DNA from: Myxococcota bacterium
GTDB taxonomy: Bacteria > Myxococcota_A > UBA9160 > JAFDDA01
Direction of reading: 5' to 3'
Assembly: GCA_965228475.1 (NCBI GenBank)
Contig: OZ245817.1
Location: forward strand, 3,412,209-3,476,208
DNA: 64,000 nt
Every line of letters begins with the position of its first letter. The stretch's first letter is position 1. The notes beneath the pieces are model-generated. The model was not told where the DNA came from and made no database searches. It saw only the letters and a program-made list of their open reading frames with translations. Both the position numbers and the translations under genes were made by a program. Shown in pieces: positions 7,772 to 14,815 of the stretch.

Positions 7772-10700
7772 CTAGAACGTCTTGCGCAGGGTGAAGAAGA
7801 GTTCGTCGCGTTCGGTCAACGGCGAGACACCCTGGTAGTTGCTGCGCTGCGTCGCGTCGCAGCACGTGAAGCGCGTGAGCGGGCTCCGCTCGAGGACGCG
7901 CGAGCGGCGCGGCGAGCCGTAGAAGGTCGAGAGGCCGACCGTCGCCGAGAAGGATTCCGAGAAGCGGTAGGAGACCGTGAAGATCTGCCCGCCCGAGTTC
8001 GACTCGACCTCGTGGATGAGCGTGAGGAAGGCGTTCAGGCGGTCCTGCCAGAACCCCGTGAAGGCCGTGAAGGTCGCCAGCGCCGCCACCGGGCCGTCGA
8101 CCTCGAAGGTATCCCGGCGCTCGTAGTTCGGGATGTAGCGGAGGAAGAGCTGCGCGTTGAAGAAGATCGTGCGGTTCGCGTTCAGGAAGTTGATGAACGT
8201 CGGGCGATCGACCGAGATCGTGAGGTTCAGCGTGTCTTCCCGCGAGAAGCCGCGGTCGGCCCGCTGGTTGATGTAGGGCGCGTCCTCGATCCAGGTGAAG
8301 TCCATGCCCCAGGCGGTCTTGCTCCAATCCTCGGTGAAGTCCACGGAGACGCCCAGCACGTTCCGTCGCTCGTAGAAGAGCTGGATCTCCGAGCCGGCGA
8401 GCCAGGTCATGTCGCGCCGGCCATAGCGGCCGTTGCCCCCCGCCCGGAACTCCGGCCGTTGGACGGCGCTCGTCTCGAACAGGCCGTTCAGGAACTCGCA
8501 ACGCGTCGGGGCTGCAACGCTGCAGCCCGAGTCCGGATCGATCAGGCCGGAGATGCCGGCGAGCAGGCGAACGAGGTTCTCCGAGACGATCGCCATTTCG
8601 GTCGGGAAGAGCGTCCGGATCTGCTCGACCGTGTAGCTCGGTCCGGCGTTGTCGAAGTTGATGCGATTTCCCGGGTTTGCGCCGTCCGGAATGGGAACCA
8701 GGTACCCGACGCCGGCGCCGTCGGCCGGATCGTCGTCACACTGGTCGGCATTCGCAGCACTGATGCCGCGGCTGATCAGATCCGCCCGGACCTGAGCCCC
8801 ATAGGCACCGAGGTTCGTCAACCCGACGACGCAGCCGTCGACCGTCGGATCCCAGCGGTACCCGACCGGATCAGAGAAATAGGTGAAGACGCTGCGCGCT
8901 CCGGGAAGCTGGATGGTTCCCACGCCGGGGATGAAGCGCGTGGCGATCGCACCGTTGAGCGGGATGCCGCCGTGCTCCGATTGTGGGAAGGCTTGGTAGA
9001 GGACACTCGCCTCCAGGTTGAACAGGTCGATCCCATCGACGTTGCAGTCGGTCTGATAGAACGGGCCGCATCCGAGCAGCGCCTGCTGCTCCGGGCTGAG
9101 GAAGCCGGTGAAGGAGGTCGCGCCGGTCTGGACCGCGTCGTTTCGGCCCGGGTGCAACGGAATCGTGGCCGTCGAGGGGTCACCCCCGCCGAAGGTCTTC
9201 CCGAGGATGTTGCAGAAGACGAGACAGGCGGCGCTGCCGTTGAAGAAGTCTCCGTCCGCCAGGGTCTGGCCGAGCACGGCCGGCACGTTCCCGAGGCCCG
9301 GGATCGGGTCCGGGTTGTTGAAGATCGAGATGACGCACGACGTGATGGGAAGCAGGTTCCCGAGGTTGCCCGGGATCACGAGATTCTGGGTGGCCGAGCA
9401 CGTCGTATCGTAGAGCTGCCGATTGCCGGAGTGATACGCGAGCGCGTTGCCGACGTTCAGGCAGGCCGGTTCGTTGCCAGTTACGCAGGCCCCGGTGGCG
9501 CCCGAGATCCGCGGACGCCCGGTGTTCGGGTCGACGTTGCGGTCGTATTCGTGGAAGTAGTCAGGCGTCGGGAAGTCGTCGTAGCCGTAGAAATCGGTGA
9601 TGGCGATGGAGAAGCGGCCGATGCGGAACTCGACGCGGGCGCCGAACTCGAAGCCGGTGCCGCTCTCGTAGAAGGCCGGCGGCCGCAGCTCGCCGGCGAT
9701 GCCGAGGCCCGAGAAGCCGTGGGCGAACAGGCCGTACTGCTTCTGGCACACGAGGAACACGGCGTAGGGCTCGCCGCAGTCGCCGATGTCCGCCGGCTCG
9801 AAGTTGTCGAGGTTCACCGCCAGCTCGAGGCGGAGATCCTGGAACGGCCCGACGTCGTAGAACGAATAGACCGCCCGGGCCTGCCAGAGCGCGATCAGGG
9901 ACTCCTCGAAGCTCGGGAGATTCGAGACCGCCACGTCCTGGGGATTCAGCTGGTCCGGCGTTCCGCTTCGGAAGAGCTCCGTCTTGCCCCAACGCGTGAT
10001 CTGCTTCCCGAGCCGGAGCTGAAGGCGCCCTTCGGCCATCACGATGTCGAGATAGGCCTCCTTGAGTTCCTTCGTCTGCTGCTGGCTCGCCCCCCGGTTC
10101 CAGGCGAGCTCGTTCTCGGTGAAGTTGACGTCGGGGTTGTCGTAGTCGTCGATGAAGCGGGTCAAGCCGGCCGAGGGAATGAAGAGCGAGGGGGTCGCGG
10201 GGCGGAAGGGCAGCGCCTTCTGGTCGGGCACGGGAACGCCAGCCAGAGAGCCCGTCGAGTCGATGTGGGTCCCGGGGTCGATCGGGCCGAGCACCGAGAC
10301 CAGCGGATGGAGCGAGCCCTTCACGTGCTTGCTCGTGAACTTCGCCTCGAGCAGCTCGTCACCGAAGGTCCGCTGGATGTCTTCCGGCGAACCGAGCGTG
10401 AGCAGCGTGCTGAAGGGGTCGAAGTCCGCGAAGGAGGCGAGGCGGCTCGAAGGCTGCTCGCGCACGATCGGGTTGAGCGGGTTCGGGAGAACGCCCGTCA
10501 CGCCCCGCGTGCGGCCGTTCGAAATGTTCTCCGGCGCCCGCCTCGCGTCGTCGCCGAAGTAGTTCCACTGGCGCGCCATGTGGCAGGCGTGCTCGAACAC
10601 GCAGTCGTACTGGACGTCGACGCGCGCGAAGGCCTCCACGATGTCGAAGGGCCCGATGCCGTCGGGGAAGAGCTCCGCCTCGAACTCGAGGGAGAGCTTC

Positions 10701-10885
10701 GTGGCCATCTTGCTCAGGAACCAGTTGTGGTCCCGGACCCGATAGCCGTCCCCGATCACGCGGATCTCTTCCGAGAGCGATCCGTGGAGCTGGAGCCGGC
10801 CGTTGAAGGCCTCGAGCGCCGGTGCGACCCCGGGCGTGGCGGCCAGCAGCGCTGCCGCCACGAGCAACGGTCGAACGAGACGCAT
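7772..10885 (-). CDS. Giant DUF1302-like outer-membrane beta-barrel protein, paralog B (1037 aa)
   Basis: Start is ATG 10885 (GGAGGA 6 nt upstream); ATG 10891 is an alternative. Signal peptide MRLVRPLLVAAALLAATPGVAPA|LEA. Core block NRGASQQQTKELKEAYLDIVMAEGRLQLRLGKQITRWGKTELFR. C-terminus ELFFTLRKTF. Confidence 0.8.
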   Translation of the reverse strand: MRLVRPLLVAAALLAATPGVAPALEAFNGRLQLHGSLSEEIRVIGDGYRVRDHNWFLSKMATKLSLEFEAELFPDGIGPFDIVEAFARVDVQYDCVFEHACHMARQWNYFGDDARRAPENISNGRTRGVTGVLPNPLNPIVREQPSSRLASFADFDPFSTLLTLGSPEDIQRTFGDELLEAKFTSKHVKGSLHPLVSVLGPIDPGTHIDSTGSLAGVPVPDQKALPFRPATPSLFIPSAGLTRFIDDYDNPDVNFTENELAWNRGASQQQTKELKEAYLDIVMAEGRLQLRLGKQITRWGKTELFRSGTPDQLNPQDVAVSNLPSFEESLIALWQARAVYSFYDVGPFQDLRLELAVNLDNFEPADIGDCGEPYAVFLVCQKQYGLFAHGFSGLGIAGELRPPAFYESGTGFEFGARVEFRIGRFSIAITDFYGYDDFPTPDYFHEYDRNVDPNTGRPRISGATGACVTGNEPACLNVGNALAYHSGNRQLYDTTCSATQNLVIPGNLGNLLPITSCVISIFNNPDPIPGLGNVPAVLGQTLADGDFFNGSAACLVFCNILGKTFGGGDPSTATIPLHPGRNDAVQTGATSFTGFLSPEQQALLGCGPFYQTDCNVDGIDLFNLEASVLYQAFPQSEHGGIPLNGAIATRFIPGVGTIQLPGARSVFTYFSDPVGYRWDPTVDGCVVGLTNLGAYGAQVRADLISRGISAANADQCDDDPADGAGVGYLVPIPDGANPGNRINFDNAGPSYTVEQIRTLFPTEMAIVSENLVRLLAGISGLIDPDSGCSVAAPTRCEFLNGLFETSAVQRPEFRAGGNGRYGRRDMTWLAGSEIQLFYERRNVLGVSVDFTEDWSKTAWGMDFTWIEDAPYINQRADRGFSREDTLNLTISVDRPTFINFLNANRTIFFNAQLFLRYIPNYERRDTFEVDGPVAALATFTAFTGFWQDRLNAFLTLIHEVESNSGGQIFTVSYRFSESFSATVGLSTFYGSPRRSRVLERSPLTRFTCCDATQRSNYQGVSPLTERDELFFTLRKTF

Positions 10886-10976
10886 GCGCATCCTCCGCGC
10901 CGTGGTCAGGAGCTCCGGAACCCGGTCCAGCCTCGGTCGGCGCGATGGCTGGGCGGAGCAGCGATCGATCGAACTC

Positions 10977-13900
10977 CTAGAACGTCTTGCGCAGTCGGAC
11001 GAAGGCTTCGTCACGGTCGCGGACCACGCCGAGCCCGCGCTCGCTGAAGTCCCGGTAGGCGCCGCTTCCCGTGTTGTTGCCCAGGCTGATCGGATTGATG
11101 GGCATGCGGGTCGACTGCCACTTCCCGTAGAAGAGCGCCATGCCGAACTCCACCGAGAAGCTCTCGCTGAAGCGGTAGCTGATGCTCGGCAGGATGCCGC
11201 CGGACTCCGACATGAAGTCGTAGATCACGGTGAGGCTCGGGTTGAGGCGGTCCTGATAGAAGCCCGAGAAGACCGTCAGCGTGGCCAGCACGTTGAACGG
11301 GCCGTTGCGCGGCATCGACTGCTCGAAGCCCTCGGTGTACTGGAAGAACCACTGGGAGTTGATGAAGAACGTCCGGTTCTGGTTCAGGAAGTTGATGAAG
11401 GTCGGCCGGTCGACCGAGACCGTCATGTTGAAGAAGTCCACTTCCTTCACGCCGTCGAGAGCGTCGTTGTCCGCGACGATGACGTTGTGGAACCAGGTCG
11501 ACTCCACCGACCAGTTGGTCTTCGTGATGTCCTCGGCGAAGTCCATCGAGAAGCCGAGCACGTTGCGCTTCTGGTGCTTCAGCCGGTTCGACGTGCCGCC
11601 GTGCCACACGAAGTCCGAGCGGCCGAAGCGGCTGTTGCCGCCGGCCAGCGCCGAGTTCCGGCGCTGCCCGATGATCGAGAGGAACGCCGATACGTTCGAG
11701 CAGAACTGCGGCGCGGCCCAGGAGCAGCGGTCGGCCGCCAGCGGCGCGCGCGGGTTGAACTCGGTGACGTCGAACTCGTCGGGGTTCAGGACGGCCGTGC
11801 CCGGCGGGTCCACGACGTCGTTGTTCGCGCCGATCAGCGAGAACACGACGAGCAGCATCTGGAAGTTCCAGGAGAAGGCGTCCATGTAGCTGTACCAGCC
11901 TTCGCCCGTGAAGGGATGGCCGTTACAGAACCCGACGTCGCCCGCGATCGGGCAGTTGAAGATCGTCGCGGCCGGGAGGCCGCCGCGGTTCTCCGTGTGG
12001 GTCGGGATCTGGCGGTCCCCGTCGACCGCGAGCTGCCAGCCCGCCTCGACCGCACCCTCGGCGGCGCTGCCGGCCTTGCAGCCCGGCAGGACCACGAGGC
12101 CCGAACCCTGGACGAAGCGCTGACACCAGAACCGGCCGTTGGCCGCGGCGTAGGGGATCGTTCCGGGCTGACCGGCACCGAGCGTCGTCGACGGCGCGTT
12201 CGGCTGCGTGATCCACGCGGAGCTGATCGCGCTGGCCTCGGCGTTCAGGAGGTCGAGACCGTCGGCCTGGCAGGCCGTCCCGTAGAACGGACCGCAGCCG
12301 ATCAGGGCCTGCTGCTGGGGCGTCAGGTTGTCCAGGCCGTTGCTGTTGCCGACGGCGACGTCGAGGTCGACGATCGGGATGTTCTGGGCCGTGATGTTCG
12401 GGCAGTAGCCGAACGGGTCCGGGCCCGGGCAGGTCGTGCCGGGGAGCAGCAGCGCGAGAACCGCGGAGCCGGTGCCCAGGCCGATCTGGTCACCGCCGAG
12501 CGCCAGGCTGATCGCCTGGGCCGGGGTGATCGTGGCGAGCAGGCGGTTCTGCGAGTTGAAGATGCTCTGGGCGCACACCGTCGGGTCGAGGTCCGCCGCG
12601 AAGGCGATGCTCGTGCTGCAGATGAAGGCGAACAGCTGCTGGTTGACCGAGTGCTTGGTCAGCGCTTCGGAGGCCAGCAGGCAGTCGGCCTCGGTGCCCG
12701 TCGTGCACTGGCCGCGCTGGTTGCGCTCCCGCGGGCGGCCCGTGAAGGGATCCACGTTGCGCTCGTAGCGGAAGAGCTGGTCGGCGAAGGGGAAGTCGTC
12801 GTAGCCGTAGAAGTTGGTCAGGGCGAAGGAGAAGGCGCCGTAGCGGAACTCCATGCGCGCGCCGAACTCGAGGCCCTTGATGTCCTCCCAGGGCGCCGGC
12901 GGCCGGGTCAAGCCCGCGAGGCCGAAGCCACTGATGCCGTGGGCGAACAGGCCTGCCCGGATGTTGCAGGCGGGGTTCGGCGTATAGGGCTCGCCGCACT
13001 GGCCGAGGTCCGCGCCCTGGTACGTGTCGATGTTCGCGGCGACCTCGAGGCGCACGTCCTCGAGAGGCCCGACCTGCCAGAGCGACCAGACGGCGCGCGC
13101 CGCCCAGAGCGAGATGCGCGACTCCTCGAGGGAGGGCAGCGTCGAGAGCGCGAGGTCCTGCGGGTTGAACTGGTCCGTGGTGCGGAAGAGCTCGGTCTTC
13201 CCCATCACGATGCTCTGCTTGCCGAGGCGCAGCCACAGCGAGCTGTCGAACAGCTCGATGTCGACGTAGGCCTCCTTCAGGAAGTGGGTCTGCTGCTGGC
13301 TCGCGCCGCGGTTCCACTTGAGCTCCGACTCCCGGAAGTTCTGGTCGAAGTTGTCGAAGTTGTCGTCCGCGATCTGCTGGGCGAGCGCGAAGTTCGGGTA
13401 GTAGATGCCCTGGGCGAACTGCTGCTCGGCGCCGTTCGGGCCGACGATCGGCGCGGGGCGGTAGGGCAGCGCGGCAGTGCCGAAGCACTTCGAGGAGTTC
13501 CACTGGTCCCGGGCCGGATCGACCGGCGCCGCCGGGCCGCCGCCGTCGGCGCGCTGGGGCGTATTGAACTCGGAGCACGGCGCGACCTGCCCGCGCTGGA
13601 AGCCGACCTCGTCGTCGAGGAAGTTGCCGCGCGAGATCAGCTGCGAGCTCGGGTTCGGGCCGCCCGGCAGGAGGTCGCCGTAGGTGACCTGCGGGAGGAT
13701 CGGGTTCAGGTCGCCGCTGCGGAAGGGGTTCGGCTTGTCGCGCAGGGCGCCGGTGCCGTCCACGAAGTTCTTCGGCAGCCACGGGCCCAGGGTCTGGGTG
13801 CCGTTGCCGTTGACCGAGCCGCGCACCTTGCGGAGTCCGAACTTGTAGTCGTCGAAGCGCGAGAGCACGAACGGGGCCGGGTCGTCGAAGTCACCGAGGA

Positions 13901-14513
13901 TCGAGTTCGCGCCTTCCTGGCCGAACAGCGTGTCGATGCCGGGGACGTTGAAGATGCTCGCAGGCTTGCGGCGGCCGCCCGGGAAGAGGCCCGGCTGCTC
14001 GAGCCCGGCGGCCAGGTTGGCGGGGGTCGTCGGCGCCGGGATGCCGAACTTCGTGGGGAGGATGTCGCGCGAGATGCCATGCCGCTTGCGGACGTGGCCT
14101 GTGAACTGGCTTCCGGTGAAGCCGCTGCGGCGCCCGTCGCTGTAGCGCTTGGGCAGCTTCTTCGCGCGGTCCCCGAAGGCGTTCGCCGACGGGAAGACGT
14201 AACAGGCGCGGTCGTAGACGCAGTCGAAGCGGGCTTCCACGCGGGCGTACGCGGAGATGATGTCGAAGGGGCCCCAGCCATCGGGGGCGATGTCGAGTTC
14301 CATTTCCAGGTTGAGCACCTGGTACCACTGGGTGAGATCGAAGTCGTCGGTCCCGTCGAAGTTGCGCGAGATCACGCGCGTCTGGTTCTCGTAGAACCCG
14401 TGGATCTGAAGCGGCCCGGCTTCGATGGCCTGCACGCTCGGCGCTGCAAGCAGCACACAAACTGCGACCCACGCCGACGCAAGGAAACGGCTCGAAATCT
14501 GCACCCCGCCCAT
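10977..14513 (-). CDS. Giant DUF1302-like outer-membrane beta-barrel protein, paralog C (1178 aa)
   Basis: ATG 14513 with GGAGGG 4 nt upstream. Signal peptide MGGVQISSRFLASAWVAVCVLLAAPSVQA|IEA. Core block NRGASQQQTHFLKEAYVDIELFDSSLWLRLGKQSIVMGKTELFRTTDQFNPQD. C-terminus EAFVRLRKTF. Confidence 0.8.
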   Translation of the reverse strand: MGGVQISSRFLASAWVAVCVLLAAPSVQAIEAGPLQIHGFYENQTRVISRNFDGTDDFDLTQWYQVLNLEMELDIAPDGWGPFDIISAYARVEARFDCVYDRACYVFPSANAFGDRAKKLPKRYSDGRRSGFTGSQFTGHVRKRHGISRDILPTKFGIPAPTTPANLAAGLEQPGLFPGGRRKPASIFNVPGIDTLFGQEGANSILGDFDDPAPFVLSRFDDYKFGLRKVRGSVNGNGTQTLGPWLPKNFVDGTGALRDKPNPFRSGDLNPILPQVTYGDLLPGGPNPSSQLISRGNFLDDEVGFQRGQVAPCSEFNTPQRADGGGPAAPVDPARDQWNSSKCFGTAALPYRPAPIVGPNGAEQQFAQGIYYPNFALAQQIADDNFDNFDQNFRESELKWNRGASQQQTHFLKEAYVDIELFDSSLWLRLGKQSIVMGKTELFRTTDQFNPQDLALSTLPSLEESRISLWAARAVWSLWQVGPLEDVRLEVAANIDTYQGADLGQCGEPYTPNPACNIRAGLFAHGISGFGLAGLTRPPAPWEDIKGLEFGARMEFRYGAFSFALTNFYGYDDFPFADQLFRYERNVDPFTGRPRERNQRGQCTTGTEADCLLASEALTKHSVNQQLFAFICSTSIAFAADLDPTVCAQSIFNSQNRLLATITPAQAISLALGGDQIGLGTGSAVLALLLPGTTCPGPDPFGYCPNITAQNIPIVDLDVAVGNSNGLDNLTPQQQALIGCGPFYGTACQADGLDLLNAEASAISSAWITQPNAPSTTLGAGQPGTIPYAAANGRFWCQRFVQGSGLVVLPGCKAGSAAEGAVEAGWQLAVDGDRQIPTHTENRGGLPAATIFNCPIAGDVGFCNGHPFTGEGWYSYMDAFSWNFQMLLVVFSLIGANNDVVDPPGTAVLNPDEFDVTEFNPRAPLAADRCSWAAPQFCSNVSAFLSIIGQRRNSALAGGNSRFGRSDFVWHGGTSNRLKHQKRNVLGFSMDFAEDITKTNWSVESTWFHNVIVADNDALDGVKEVDFFNMTVSVDRPTFINFLNQNRTFFINSQWFFQYTEGFEQSMPRNGPFNVLATLTVFSGFYQDRLNPSLTVIYDFMSESGGILPSISYRFSESFSVEFGMALFYGKWQSTRMPINPISLGNNTGSGAYRDFSERGLGVVRDRDEAFVRLRKTF

Positions 14514-14580
14514 GAAACCCTCCAGCAGACGGCCCGGGTTCGACCCGGCGCCCGTCGCGCGCCCCAGTAACGACACCGCC

Positions 14581-14610
14581 CTTATATGATGAAACGTTGC
14601 GTGATTACAA
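14581..14610 (-). promoter_or_regulatory. Candidate sigma70-type promoter for paralog C (head of the barrel array)
   Basis: On the reverse strand: TTGTAA (14610-14605), an 18-nt spacer, then TATAAG (14586-14581). It sits in the only AT-richer patch of the 300-bp gap upstream of ATG 14513. Pattern match only. Confidence 0.35.
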
Positions 14611-14815
14611 CGGATTCTTGCGAGCGGACGATGTGGTGTAGGGGGGGTTCGGGCCCAGCGGTCCGAAACGCGGCGAACGACGCAGCGCGCGGCGCACTGC
14701 GTCATTCGCGGATCGGCGTCGCGGAATCCGGGCGAAGGCCCCGGATCCGGCTCGACGGACGACGCTGGAGTTCAGGTTTGGCGGGGGCTTGGCGCCGTCG
14801 GGGGCGCGCTTTCGG

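Noticed and set aside
14531-14549. tRNA T-arm-like sequence CCGGGTTCGACCCGG
   Set aside because: The loop is only 5 nt. No acceptor, D or anticodon arms can be built from the flanks. It lies in the 5' leader of paralog C and is not a tRNA.
4701-14570. Three very long plus-strand ORFs (4701..7775, 8012..11047, 10803..14570; 1011-1255 aa) opposite the barrel genes
   Set aside because: They are mirror images of the minus-strand genes. Their translations are Arg/Glu/Val/Asp/Gly-rich with no motifs, signal peptides or RBS. The minus-strand products have signal peptides, conserved paralogous blocks and OMP C-termini. This is typical GC-rich antisense shadowing.
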